In this document: positions 36,129 through 48,993 of the stretch, piece after piece
Layout of the letters: every line of letters starts with the position of its first letter
Position numbering within the stretch: position 1 is the first letter of the stretch
Source: Blastocladiella emersonii ATCC 22665
Taxonomy: Eukaryota; Fungi; Blastocladiomycota
Direction: 5' to 3'
Length of the DNA: 64,000 bases
NCBI GenBank assembly: GCA_025594325.1
Contig: JANHCV010000011.1
Coordinates: forward strand, 1,364,001-1,428,000
Program-made: the position numbers and the translations under genes
Notes under the pieces: model-generated
What the model was told of the DNA's origin: nothing
What the model saw: the letters and a program-made list of their open reading frames with translations, nothing else
Databases searched by the model: none

Positions 36129-39090
36129 ATGTCCCACTGGCATCTGCTGTCGAGCGTGTGGTCCCTCGTCCACGACCTGTCGTCGACGCCGCACTCCAAG
36201 CTCGCCGCCTACATCCCGCCGTTTCTCGACCTCGTCAGCGCGAGCCACCTCGCCAAGACCCTGCTCGTCACCTACTCGCCCGCCCTTTCATACATCATGC
36301 GCGCCGCCACCCCCGTCGTCACCAAGGCCAGCGAGCTGCACCACCGCCTGCTGACGCTCGAGCACCACACGTACGAGCTGCACACTGCGGCCGCTGCTGC
36401 TGCCGCGGGGCAGCAGCCGCCATCGGGTCGGTCGTCCGCCGCGGCGGGCCTCGCCAAGACGGCCGCGCTCATCTGCGACGCCGTCATGGAGGTCGCGCAC
36501 CTGTTCCTGTGGGCCGACCAAAAGGACCCGCACCTCGTCGAGTACGTTCCCTTCATCCCCTTGTCCCGACATCCAAGACGCGCGTTTGATTTCTCATGGG
36601 CTGCAGGTTAGACTCTTCTTCGAGCTCAAGGGCCACTCTGCGATCCTGGCCGTGCTCGGGCCGCCGGGCTTCCTGTCGCGCCTCCCACCCGCGACCGCCG
36701 TGTCCCTGTCGCTGACGGTGCTGCGCGCGCTGACGCAAATCTTCACCAACCTCGAGTCCGACTCGGCGCTCTACTACCTGCTCGCCCACTTTGCGAATGC
36801 CGCCATGGACGCCGACTACGGCCTGCACCCTGTCGCCGTGCCACCACCTGAATCCACCGCGCTCGTCGCGGCACCTTCCTCGGCGGCGGCGTCGTCGGGG
36901 TACTACCACGCCATCAACGCCATGGCCGCCGCGTCCCCGCCCATGCTCCTCCCGCTCATCGCCCTCGGCGGGTCCGCGTCCAACATGGCCGCGTTTACCG
37001 CCAAATCCATCTACGGCGTCGTCGCCGCCACCTCCGAGATCGCCTCGAGCACGCTGCGCGCCGCGTCTCCGCCCAGTACGCCGCGCCGCGCGTCGGCGGC
37101 GCGCCCCGTGCAGTCCGAGGACGTGCTCGGGTCCACCAAATCCCCAAAAAGCCGCGCGAGCTCGGCGGCGCGCTCGTTCAGCTCCATGGTCCTCGTCAGC
37201 TCGCCGACGTCGCCGCTGCGCCGGTCGCCCTCCTCCAGCACCGCGTCCACGGCCCCGCCACCGCCGCCGCCCGCGCCGTTCCCGGACCACGACCGCGCCG
37301 AGATCCTCGCGCACTACGCGGCGTTCTTGCGCGCCGTGGCCAACCGCGCGCTGCACGACGACGCGGTGCACACTTTGTTCCAGCCCGACGAGCTAAACGG
37401 GATCCACGCGCCCCCGCCGCCGCGGCAACAGCCCTTCCCACTGCTCACGCACACGCTCGACACGCTGCTCGCGTCGGCCGACCCGATGGTCCGCGCGGCG
37501 CTGTCGTCGGTCGTCCTCGCGACGGTCCGCGCCGCGCACCGCGTGCCGCTGCTCGAGCGGTGGCTCGTCGCCAACGCGTGGCGCGTCGCGGACACGGTCG
37601 TTGGCGCGTTACTCGACCCGACGGAAGACGAGGAGGACGACGGCGAGATCGGCTGGGTATGGCCGTGGATCGACGAGCTCCTGGCCGAATCCCCGCCGCT
37701 TCTCGCCGACGTGGTCGCCGCACACGTCCAGGTGCGGTACGTCGCGCCGTGCGTCCTCGCGCACGCCGAGTTCGCCGCGCTCGCCAACGTCGCGCGCGCC
37801 GTCGCTGACCGCCGGCTCGTGTCCGCGTGGACCAAGTACGCCCTCGCGGTGACCCCCGCGCGCATGGTCGAGGCTGCGCCGCCCGAGCACCGCGCCGGGT
37901 GGTCCGAGTCGCTCGCGGCGCTCGACCGCGCGCCCGCGGTGGGGGTAGACGACGACGACGCGGTGGTGGTGAGGCTGAACCCGGTCCGCCGCGCGCTCCT
38001 CGCCGCCGTCGCCGGGTCCGGCTCCGAGCCCGACCAGGTGGCCGCGCTCGACCTCCTGATCGCGCTCGCAAGACACCCGAACGTGGCGCCGTCGGCGTGG
38101 GACGGGTGCGGGATCGCCCCCGCGCGCGTCGTCCGGCGCCGCCGGCTGCTCGCGTCGCTCGGCGATTTCAGCCCGCAGCAACGGTCGTCGTCGCTGTCGT
38201 CATCCTGGTCCGCCATCCCCGCCGCTGAAGAGGGCGCCGAGACGGAGCCCAATGCGCCGCTTCTCCGCTCCCTCGTCCGCGTGATCAAGACCACGTCCTC
38301 GCGCGCCGTATTCGACCGCACCGTCGCGCTCGTCGTCGAGCTGACTTGCGTCTGCGCCGGCCCGCACGCGGGCGGCGGCGGCGGCGCGTGGGAGCCGATT
38401 ATCGGCGAGGCAGGGCTGCTCGCCGCGGCGGACGTGCGCGTCGCCATGGCCGAGGTCGCGGCCGGCGTTGCCGACTGGCCGAGCGCGGGGTCCGAGTTCC
38501 GTCTCCCGATCACGGCGCCCGTCGAGCCCGCGAAACCGGGCGCGCGACGCGTCCGGACGCCACCGCGGTCAGCGGCGAGGCGGAGCGACCCGGTGACGCC
38601 CGTCGACCGGCTCGTCGCGCTCGTCGCGGTCTGGCACGTCGCGGTGCGCCCGCTGCCCGTTGCGCCGGCCCCGCTTGCGCCGCGGCCCGTCGTTTCGGCG
38701 GTCGCTGACCGCGCGCGGTCTGCGTCGCCGCCGCTGTCCCCGACCGAGACCCTCTACCCGCGGCCGCAGCACCGGCACCAGCACCGGCAGACGGTCTCGG
38801 TCTCCTTCTCGGCGCTTCACGGGCACGGCGCCGGCGCGGTCGCCGTTGCGGTGGCCGGGGCGCATCCGCTGACGGTTCCCGAGAGTACAGGAAGCGGTCA
38901 TCATCGGCGGAGCGAGTCGTGGGATACCGCGGCGCTGCTTTCGACGGCGGGCTCGGCAGCCGTGTCGCGGCCAGCCGCGGCCACAGTAAGAGGCCGGCTC
39001 GCGCCGGTGCGTGTGCCGCAGGTCGCGGCGTTTGGCGCGGCCGAGCTCGAGTGGGCGGTGCGCGAGTGCACGAGTGTTAGGGCAGAGTGA
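36129..39090 (+). CDS. CLEC16A: CLEC16A/TT9/Gop-1-like FPL-domain protein, 1 intron
   Basis: EVAHLFLWADQKDPHLVE|LFFE, LTQIFTNLESDSALYYLL, EILAHYAAFLRAV, FPLLTHTL..DPMVRAALSSVVL follow the FPL domain motif order. Confidence 0.75.
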
Positions 39091-39132
39091 CGATACAATG
39101 ATACTCCTGTTTCTATTCGACCGCTGGACAGT

Positions 39133-39639
39133 CTAGTCGCGCTTGCGGGCCTTGGCGGCGCCGGCGGCCGACTTCTTAGACGACGCGCCTGTCTTGGTGG
39201 CCGAGGGCTCGATCTCCTTGTTGCCGTCACCCTTCTTCTTCTCGCCCTCGGCGGCAGCGGGCGCCTCGATGAGCAGCAGCTGCGACGCGACGTAGAGCCC
39301 GAACACGAACGTTCCCGCGAGCCACATGGCAATGTGCTTGGCCTTGTACTTGCGGTTGGCGGTCACGTAGAGGACGGCTGCGGCCTCGAGCGCGTGCACG
39401 ATCAGCACGCCCCACACCATGAGGGCGAGGGTGTCGATGCCGATGGCGTCGCGCACCGCGTCGAGGTACGGGTGGGCCAGTGACTCGGCGAACCCGAGGT
39501 ACACGAGCGCCGGGAAGAAGACGAACATGGTCACCAGGCCGGCGGCGGGGGGCGTCTCGGGGGCCGTCTGGGAGGGATGGTGGGCGGGTTAGCGGGCGTC
39601 GTGGTTGCATGGTGGTGCGTGTGTGCATGTACTGACCAT
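39133..39639 (-). CDS. TMEM254: TMEM254-like small membrane protein; ATG-only first exon, intron 39568-39636
   Basis: Three hydrophobic segments with LIVHALEAAAV and WLAGTFVFG pattern; basic C-tail. Confidence 0.6.
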
Positions 39640-40019
39640 GGTTGCTTCGTTGCTTACAGGGTGGTGGTTGTGGTTGGGGAGAGCGAGAGCACGCGGCGAG
39701 GGCGTCGACCAGAGAAGAAGACGCGTCGCCCACGCGGAAAGTGGCGCAATGCGAGCCACGTGGCGTCGGGTGAGTGGCGAGGCAGCCGTGGCGCGATGGC
39801 CTGCCCTGCTGACCTGGCGAGATCCGCCTCCCCTCCTGCTTCCTCTCCCGCCGCGCCGTGCGACGGCCCATGTAATCAACGCAAGTCTCCACTTCAGCAC
39901 CGCACGCGCGCCGAGTGGGAGAACGCCGCGCGACTGACCAAGCCAGCGAGCGAGACGCGTCGCTCCTCTTCTCTCCCCTCCCCGCTCCATCACCCGACTC
40001 CAATTTATCACCAGCAACC

Positions 40020-42193
40020 ATGAGCGCCACCGCCCCGCCGCCACCGTCCGACGGGCCGATGCAGCTGCACGTGCGCATGCCCGACGGCCGCCGCATCCCG
40101 ATGCTCGTGGACGCGGCGTCGTCGGTCGCCGACCTGCGCGTCCTCGTGTCGGCCGCGACCGGCGTCGCCGAGAACCGCCAGAAGCTCGTCTACGCCGGCC
40201 AGGTCGTCCAGGGGCTCGTCGACGATCCCGACGAGGAGAACACCCCCGTCACGCGCTTCGGTACGTTTTCCCCGAACTTGATTCGAGTCAGACAACTGAT
40301 ACCTTGCCGTGGACAGGACTCCGCAACGACGGCACCCTGTACCTCGTCATCGCCCAGCCCAAGGCCCAGGTTTCGGCCGCCGCCACCCTCCCGCCGCAGC
40401 TCGCCGGCCGCCCGGCCTCCCCGACCCGCGGCGGCAGCGGCGCGCCCGGCACCTCCGCGCCTGGCCGCGGCGGCGGCAACACGCTCGAGGACCGCATCGC
40501 CAGCACGCTCAACCACCCGATGGTCGAGGCCATGATGGGCAACCCGGACCTCATGCACACCATGATGATGATGGACCCGCGCCTGCGCCAGATGGCCGAG
40601 TCGAACCCGGACGTGGCCCGCATGCTGCGCGACCCGGCCTTTTTGCGCCAGATGCTGACCACCTCGCGCAACCCCGCCGCCATGCGCGAAATGTGGAAGA
40701 CCCAGGACCGCGCCCTCGCCAACCTCGAGATGCTCCCCGGCGGATTCAACGCCTTGCAGCGCATGTACAAGTCGACCGCCGGCGCCCTCCCCGGCGCCGC
40801 CGCGCCCGTCGCCAACCCCGCCGAGGACGCGCGCCGCAACCGCGCCGTCGCTGCGCGTCTCGGCGCTACCCCCGTCGAGCAGGGCACCCTCAACACCACG
40901 GCGCTGCCGAACCCGTGGGCCGCGCGCCCGCCGCCCGCCGCCGCTCGCACGTCGGTGCGCGCCACGCCGTTCGCGGTACCGGGCGCTGGCGCCCGCATGT
41001 CGACCGCGGCCCTGAACGCCGAGACGGAGCGCCTCATGGCCCAGGCCAACACCGCGCGTGCGCTCCCGCTCAGCGCCCTGTCCGGCCCCGGCGCCAATGG
41101 CACCGTGAACGACCTCGTCGCCCTCACCGAGGCCCTCCGCGGCCACGCCAACCGCCAGCGCGAGCATATCGACATGCTGCGCCAGCGCAACAACGCCGCC
41201 ACGGGCGCCGCGGCCATGGCGGCTGCGGGTACTGGCGCGGCGCGTCCAGCCCGGCCCGCGTCGGCGGGGCGTGACCGCGACTCGCCCGCCTTCTCCTCGG
41301 CCCAGCAGTCGGGTAACCTGTCCCCGCGCTCGGTCCTGCGCCGCGCCGGGATCACGGTCGTCACGACGCGCAGCCCGCCGCGCGGCACCGATGCGGCCGC
41401 CGCTGACCCGACGCGCTCGCCCACGGCCTCGTCGCCGTCCGACGGCCCGCTCGCCGATCCCGCGACCCCACCGCGCACCGCTGGCGCCCCCAGCGCCGCG
41501 GACGGCGCGCTCGGCCGGCGCCGGTCTTCGTTCCCGTCGCGCCGCCTCGCTCACCCGTCGTCGTGGCCCGCCGCCGAGCTCCTGGCGGCCATGGCTGCTG
41601 CGGGCGGCGGCACCGTCACGGTCCGCACCACAACCTCGCCCCCGGCGCCCAACGGGATCGTCACCACCACCAGCGTGTCGCCCGGCGCGGTCCCCGGGAC
41701 GCGGCGCACCGTGATCACGTTCTCGCGCCCGCGGTCGCCGTCGCCTTCGCCCGCGCAGGCAGCCGCGGCGCCAGTTCCGGCGGCAGCGGTGCGCCCGCCC
41801 GCGCTGTCGTTCGCCTCGGGCCCCGCCGACATCCCCGCCTTCTCGCTGCGCCCGTCGCCCTCGCCGACGAGCGCGAGCGCGGGTAGCAGCGTGCCCGCGA
41901 CCCCCTCGGTGACCACGTCGCCCGCGACGTCGACGCAGGCGCTCCACAGCGCCGGCGCGCGCGCCGCGTGGCCCGCGCAGCTGCAGCACATGCTCGACAT
42001 GGGGTTCGACCGCGGGGCCTCGGTGCATGCGCTCGCTATGGCCGACGGCGACCTCGACCGCGCCGTCGAGCTGTTGGTCCTCGGCGGCGGTGGGGATGGC
42101 GGGGATGAGGTCGCGGCGGCGGCATCGGTCGCGGCTACGGCCACGGCTACGGCGTCGGGTGGCGACGGTGAGCCTATGGATACGACGCCGTAG
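40020..42193 (+). CDS. DSK2: Ubiquilin/Dsk2 (UBL-STI1-UBA), 1 intron
   Basis: UBL (SVADLRVLVS..RQKLVYAG..GLRNDGTLYLVI), STI1 (NPDLMHTMMMMDPRLRQMAESNP..QDRALANLEMLPGGFNALQRMY, ALPNPW), UBA (QLQHMLDMGF..ALAMADGDLDRAVELL). Confidence 0.88.
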
Positions 42194-43449
42194 TTGGTCT
42201 GCTCTCGCGTGGGTCACGGCTGGCCCGGTCCCGCGAGGCGATGACGGCGGCGGCGGCGCGGCGCGGACTCTTTCCTTCTGTCAACTACCTCTCCCAACAT
42301 AAATATACATACTAACTGACTCGGTCGGGCACGCGCGCCTCCTCGTGATGCTGTGCCACATCTGGAGACGTCGAAGGGCGCCCCGAATGCCGAACGGGAC
42401 CACCGATGGACCAGGTCGCCAAACCCTTGCGTTCTCACCCTACCCAGGACATGGCCATGGAGTAACTAGTAACTGCATGCATCAAGTCTGGCTGCGTGTC
42501 GCCGTCGCGAACTCGTGCTTCGAAGTCCTCCTGCGCACACGGCGACCGCGTCCAGGTGCGCCGCGCCACCGCCGCGGCCGCCGCGTTACCCGTGACGGCT
42601 TCGCCGTGAACCTTGTTGAGGAAGAGAACCGAGGCGGCGACGTCGCAGCTATCTTCCGACGACAGCCGTGCTTGCGGGCATGGGTGCGGCCAAGAAGCGG
42701 CCAAGTACGTCCGCGATGCGCCGCTTGAGTCCAATCTTCGCGACTCGATGCTGACCACCGTGGATCGCCGCAGTCCTCGCCCTCCTGGACGTCCTCCGCC
42801 CACGCGCGTGATGATATAGAGTCTCCTCTCCTGGACTCGCGCGTCGGACGCTGGCCTCGGTGGCCGGCCTGCGCCAAGTCGCTCGCGCTCCCGCTGCCCA
42901 GCTCGACCGACATGCCGGACCCGAGCCCAACGCGCACCCCGATTCCGTTGCGCTGGACGCTTCTCGGTCGCTCTTGGCTGGCCGCAAGGGCGCGTCGGTC
43001 AGCGCGGGGCCCAGGCCGTGCATGCTCGTCTCCAAGCCGTACGCGCAGTGCCGGCGACGGGCTGGGCGTCGACCCGGAGCTGTTGGTCGCGAAGGCGGTC
43101 TGCCGTATGCCGTTCGGCGGCTGGACGATCACGGAGCCCGTCTCGACCCAGCTCGGGACCGTGCCCAAACGCGAACCGCTCAAGGCCGACCGGGCCAACG
43201 CCGCGGCGCCGTATCCAGGCCGGGCAGTCTCGCCGGCGCAGGCCACGCCGCGCCAACGCGCGCCCGTCTGAGCCGCACAAGTCGCCAACCGGGTGCCGCG
43301 TGTGACCGGCCGGTGGCGCTCGTGCTGCGCAAATCGGCACCGTGTGGGAAACGGCAAGCTGCGCAACGCGCGCGCATGTGGCGCGACGTGAAGCCCGCCG
43401 ACCACCCCGATTTTCTCCCCACCCGCCCGCCATCCTCGCTCCCCCCACG

Positions 43450-45252
43450 ATGCCAGCCGGCACCATGAGCCCGCGAACGAAACTCGATACCGCCGACGTG
43501 CTCGAACGCATCCTCGCGCACGCCGTCTGGCTCCACCCCGACGCGGGCGACCTTGCCGGCCTGCTCGCGTACGCGCGCGTGATCCCGCCGTCGCACGCGC
43601 CGCGCGTCCATCGCGCGATTCTGCGCCGGTGTCCGCTGCTTTCGCCCGAAGTGGCGAGCGCGCGCGGTTCGGTGCACGTCCTCGACGCGTGGCGCGACTA
43701 CGGCATGTTCGACCCCGCCACGGCGCCCGTCGCGACTGCGGTAGCGGCGGCGGCCGAGGCGCGGCATCTCGCCGTCATCGAGTGGTGGCGCGACTCGGGC
43801 GCTTCCCTTGAAGAAGCCGCGGCACATCGGCCCGACCAGGTCGCGGTCGCGCTCGGGCTCGGCCGGCCCGTGTACGAGGACGAGGGGGCCGGGTTTCGGC
43901 GGTGGATCGTACGTGTACCCTTCGACATATCGATTCTGCAACAAGGACTGACGGCGCGACTGTTCTAGGGCTTCACACCGCCGACCGAGCCCGACGCGGG
44001 GATCTACGCGGCCCTCGACGGGATCGCGGCTGGGTCGCAGACGGAGCTCGTCCTCGACCACGAGCGTGTCTCGCTCGTCGGGATCCGCGCGCTCTCGGCC
44101 GCGCTCGCGAGTCCGCACCAGCGGCTCACGTCGCTGACGATTCTTGGGTGCACGCTCGACCTCCCGCGTCTCCGCGCGCTACGGCTCCCGAGCACGCTCA
44201 CGACGCTCGAGCTGCAGCAGTGCTGGTTCCCCGTCTCGCGCTGCCCGCCCGACGCGCTCGACGGGTGGGCGTGGCCGCCACGGCTCACCGCGCTGCACCT
44301 GGACGGGAACCCGCTCTCGCCCGACCTCGTCACGCTGCTGTTCGCCACCCTGCCCGCGACGCTCCGCCGGCTGTCGCTGTCCGACTGCGAGCTCGACGAC
44401 CAGGCGCTCAACGTGCTGGCCCCACTGCTGCCGCGCGGGGTGACGGACCTGTCGCTCGCGCGCAACGACGTGCGGTGCATGGGCCTGGGCGCGGCGTGCG
44501 CGCACCTGCCGCCGGCGCTGACACGGCTCGATCTCGCGGGGAACGTGATCGGGACCACGCCGTCGGCGTCGGCGGTGCACTGGGCGTTCCCCGCGGGGCT
44601 GCGGGAGCTGGTTCTCGACGACACAGTGCTCGACCAGCACGGGACTCAGTCGCTCACGGACTCGCTGCCCCGCTCGCTCGAGGTGCTGTGCATCCGCAAC
44701 GCGCACATTGTCAGCGGCGAGGTCGAGTCGCTCGCGGCGCGGATCCCGCCGCGCCTGCGCGTCCTCGATTTCGGGTCCAACCGCGTCACCGAGCACGGGA
44801 TCGCGGCCGTCGTCGCGGCGCTCCCCGACACGCTCGAGGAGTTGGACCTCGACGACTGCCGCCTCAACGCGCGCCTCATGCAGGCCGAGATCGCGCCGCG
44901 GCTCCCGCGCGGGCTCCGTCGGCTCGAGCTCAGCTGCACGGATCTCGGGGACGCGGGCGTGCAGGCGCTCGCGGCACACGTCCCGCCGAAACTCGAGACG
45001 CTGTGCCTCGACGAGGTCGATGTCGGCGACGACGGCGTCACGGAGCTCGCGCGTCACCTGCCGTGGACCCTCGTCGCGCTCGGGCTGTCGAGGAACCCGC
45101 GCGTCACGGACAAGGGCGCGCGCGCGGTTGCAGGGAACTGGCCGCCGCGGCTCGTCGAGCTCGATCTCGCGGGCACGTCGGTGGGGTGTGACGGCGTGCG
45201 CGCGATCCAGGCCGCGGCGGACGCGGCGGTTGCGCAGTGGGGCGAAGAGTAG
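43450..45252 (+). CDS. Ankyrin-like N-terminus + RNI-type LRR protein, copy 1, 1 intron
   Basis: DVLERILAHA, ASARGSVHVLDAW, AAAEARHLAVIEWW, then LRRs (LRRLSLSDCELDD, LTRLDLAGNVIG, LRVLDFGSNRVT, LETLCLDEVDVGDDG). Confidence 0.8.
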
Positions 45253-45593
45253 CTTGATACACGTCGGAAAGGTTTTGTCTCACACGCACTGTTGCTGATC
45301 CTGGACGTGCGCCAGCGCGTTCTCTGCCAGTACCGGCCCGTCGCCATGGTACTCGGCGACTTGGACGGACGCGGCCACCGCTGCGGCACCGCCGCGATGG
45401 CACCACGTTCACGGTCCGGAGACGTTCCGGCCGCGCGGCGCAGGCCGCATTCCCGCCGAGGCGGATCTGAGCCGCGCCCACGCGCGTGTGGCGCAGCGCG
45501 TCACGCTGCTCCTTGGTTCCCACCGCCCCCCTGGGGCCCGCTTCTCTCCTTCTCCTCCACCCACCGACCCTTCCGCGCTTCTTTCGCATCACC

Positions 45594-47383
45594 ATGGAAC
45601 CAAAATGCAAACTGGAGCTGCACGACATCCTCGAGCGCGTGCTAGTCCACGCCATCCAGCTCCGCCCCGACCCGAACGACCTCGCGGGCCTCCTCGCCTA
45701 CGCACACGTCATCCGCCCTTCGCGCGCGACCCACCGCGCGCTCCTGCGGCGGTGCCCGTGCCTCGGCCTCGACACGGCGAGCGCGCGCGGCGCCGTGCGT
45801 GTCCTCAACGCGTGGCGCGAGTTTGGGCTGTTTGACGCAACGACGGCGCCCGTCGCGACCGCCGTCGCGGCAGCGGCCGAGGCGCGGCATCTCGCGGTCC
45901 TCGAGTGGTGGCGCGACTTGGGCGCACCGCTCGAGGAAGCCGCGGCGCACCGGCCGGACCAGGTCGCGGTCGCGCTCGGGCTCGGCCGGCCCGTGTACTG
46001 CGACCACGGCAACGGGTTTCGCCAGTGGATCGTACGCTCTTCTCTCGTGGCACTCGGCCCATACCGATCTCAGAACGCGGGGTTATGTAGGACTTTGCGC
46101 CTCCGCCCGAACCCGACGCGGGGATCTACGCTGCGCTCAACGCGATCACGGTGGGCTCATGCACCGAGCTCGTCCTGAACCACGAGCGGCTGTCACTCAA
46201 CGGGATCCGCACCCTCTCCGTCGCGCTCGCGAGCCCGGACCAGCGCCTCACGTCGCTGACGATCCGCGGGTCGACGCTCGACCTGCCGCGGCTCCGTGCG
46301 CTACGCCTGCCCGCGACCGTGACCGTGGTCGCGCTGCAGCAGTGCTGGTTCCCGCCGTCGACGCGCTCGACCGACCCGTTCAGCGGGTGGCCGCCGCACC
46401 TCGCCGTGCTGCACCTCGACTGCAACCCGCTGTCGCCGACCCTGGCAACGGTGCTCTTCTCCTGCCTGCCCGCGACGCTGCGCCGCGTGTCGCTGTCCGA
46501 GTGCCAGATCGACGACGCGACGCTGTGCACGCTCGCGCCCCTCCTGCCACGCGGGCTCGTGGCCCTGTCCCTGCCGCGCAACGAGGTGCGCAACGAGGGC
46601 CTCGGCGCCGCGTGCCTCTACCTCCCGCCGCCGCTCTCACGGCTCGACCTCGCGGGCAACGTGATCGGGTCCGTCCCCGCGGCGTCCGCCGTGCACTGGT
46701 CGCTCCCGCCGAACCTGCGCGAGCTCGTCCTCGACCATACGGTGCTCGACCAGCTCGGGACCCGCGCGCTCGCGAGCTCGGTGCCGCGCTCCCTCGAAAC
46801 TCTGCGGGTCCGCGACGCGCACATGGTCAGCAGCGAGATCCCCGCGCTCGCCGCCGCGCTGCCGCCGACGCTCCGCGAGCTCGATTTCGGGTGCAACCGC
46901 GTCGCCGAGCACGCCGTCGCGGCGCTCGCCGCGGGCCTTCCGCCGGGACTCGAAGCGCTCGCGCTCGACCGGTGCCGGATCCACGCCCACCTCATGGCGC
47001 ACGACGTCGCGCCGCACCTTCCGCGCGGCCTCCGACGGCTCGATCTCAGCCGCACCGAGCTCGGGGACGCGGGCGCGCTGGCGTTCGCGGCACATGTTCC
47101 TCCGGGGATCGAGATGGTGTACCTCGCACACGTCGATGTCGGCGACGAGGGCGTCGCGGCGCTCGCGAGCGCGATGCCAAGGTCGCTCGTCGCGCTGTCG
47201 CTCGCGGGAAACCCGCGCGTCACGGACGCGGGCGCGCGCGCGGTCGCGGCGAACTGGCCGCCGCGGCTCGTCGAGCTGATTCTCGCGGGCACGTCGGTGT
47301 CGGCCGACGCCGTCGCGGCGATCCAGGCGGCGGCGGACGCGGCGTCGAAGCGGGGTGAAGACGATGAGGACGATGATGAGTGA
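45594..47383 (+). CDS. Ankyrin-like N-terminus + RNI-type LRR protein, copy 2 (tandem paralog), 1 intron
   Basis: Collinear with copy 1 (DILERVLVHA, ASARGAVRVLNAW, HRPDQVAVALGLGRPVY, same intron after RQWI/RRWI, same LRR series). Confidence 0.8.
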
Positions 47384-47424
47384 ATGATACATTGACATCT
47401 ATAACGAACGAACGAACGAACGGC

Positions 47425-48597
47425 TCAGAACGGGCGGCCAAAGTACATGGACGACGTGCGCGCGCGGAGCAGGTCGGGCTTGTAGCTGGGCAGCGGGCTC
47501 GGGAGCGCCGCAGCCTTCCCACCCGTGCCAAACCGGCTGCCCGCGTCGGGCCGGCCGTACATGTAGGTCGCGAGGATGACGAGGGCGGCGCCGACGCAGA
47601 AGGCGAGCGAGAGCTCGAACCCGAACAGGTAGACGGACGCGACCGACGACAGGATGATCGACACGGACGTCGCGAACCCCTTGAGAATGTTGTCGGCGTA
47701 CTTGACGACCAGCGACACGATGAGGCCGCCGCCGGCCTGGATCAGGATCGCTGCCCACGTCCACCCCGTGTACCCGGTCCAGAACCCGCGGTCCGAGACC
47801 GCGGCGCCGTCGACCACGAACACGCCGAACAGCGCGGGGACCAGCGAGAAGAGCGACAGCTGCACGTTGCGGATCCATAGCGACGTCGAGCTGCCCTTGA
47901 GGATCCGCTCAAAGTACACGCCCGCCAGGCCCGACAGCAGGCACGCAAAGGCCACCGCCATGAGCCCGACGAGCCGCGTCGAGGCCGCATCGGCGGCAGC
48001 GGCCGCCGCGAGCGCATCGGATTCGGGCGACGTCGGGACCGCCGACGACGACGACGCGGCCGCTCCTGGTGGCGGCGACGACTTGGGCAGCTGGACGAGC
48101 GCGACGCCGGCGGTGAGGAGGAACAGGGACGTCCACTTCTGGCGCGACAGGGACCGGCGGAGGAGCCAGACCGAGCAGAGCGCCGTGGTGAGGATCTTGA
48201 GCTGGTAGGTCACGGCGAAGGTGGCGGCGTCGAGCCGCGTCACGGCCTGGTACTGCAAATTGTTCTGGACCGTGTAGAGGATGGCGGGGACGCCGAGCAG
48301 GAACCAGCGGTCCGAGAAGACCTCGGCGGGGAGCCGCGCCAGCGTCGCCGCCGGCGTGTTGACGAGGTACAGGACCACCGACACGGCCAGCTTGATGAGC
48401 TCGCACAGCAGCACCGCCGTCGTCGGCAGGTACTGCGGGCCGGCCAGCGTCCGCGAGTACCGCAGCACCAGCACCAGCGCCGAGTTTTGCACCGTCAGCG
48501 TCACAAGCGACAGTGCGCGGGCGGCGCTGCTCGATGGCGCCGCGGGGCCGCCGATGGACAGCTTGCCCGGCCGCGCGGTCGCGACGTGGATGCCCAT
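47425..48597 (-). CDS. gms1: Golgi nucleotide-sugar (UDP-Gal/UDP-GlcNAc type) transporter, SLC35A family, intronless
   Basis: LTVQNSALVLVLRYSR, AVLLCELIKL, VPAILYTVQNNLQY, TYQLKILTTAL, SGLAGVYFERILK, SLWIRNVQL, GGLIVSLVVKYADNILKGFATS. Confidence 0.9.
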   Translation of the reverse strand: MGIHVATARPGKLSIGGPAAPSSSAARALSLVTLTVQNSALVLVLRYSRTLAGPQYLPTTAVLLCELIKLAVSVVLYLVNTPAATLARLPAEVFSDRWFLLGVPAILYTVQNNLQYQAVTRLDAATFAVTYQLKILTTALCSVWLLRRSLSRQKWTSLFLLTAGVALVQLPKSSPPPGAAASSSSAVPTSPESDALAAAAAADAASTRLVGLMAVAFACLLSGLAGVYFERILKGSSTSLWIRNVQLSLFSLVPALFGVFVVDGAAVSDRGFWTGYTGWTWAAILIQAGGGLIVSLVVKYADNILKGFATSVSIILSSVASVYLFGFELSLAFCVGAALVILATYMYGRPDAGSRFGTGGKAAALPSPLPSYKPDLLRARTSSMYFGRPF

Positions 48598-48993
48598 GAT
48601 GCGTAGTAGATGGATGCGTGGGGTTCCGTTGCTACGAGAGTCTACATGCAGGCGCGGCGGCCTTGTGTGAGGAGAGAGAGGAGTGCGGGGCGGGTGTCGT
48701 CGACGTCGACCATGGCCGCCGTGGACCGGGCGGCGTCGCCACGCCGGGAACGCGCCCATCGCACGTTTCACGCCACGGCACGGCGCCGCGCTTGCGCTTG
48801 CGGGCAAATCAATGGCTGTATTATCCGGATGGCGCGCTTGGCATTAGCGGGTAACAAGAATGGGCATCGCGATGGCGGCGTGATGTCTCTCGCCGTGTCT
48901 CTGGTGCGCTTCTCGCTGCTGATCCCTCCGCGACGCTGTCCCCCCCCTCGCACCACCGTACCTGCAACGTAAACTCCACGTAACTGGGCGCAA

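Noticed and set aside
42200-43440. Possible small gene between DSK2 and LRR copy 1 (ORFs 42860..43468, 42912..43271)
   Set aside because: No recognisable domain or consistent splice model; at most a decayed relic.
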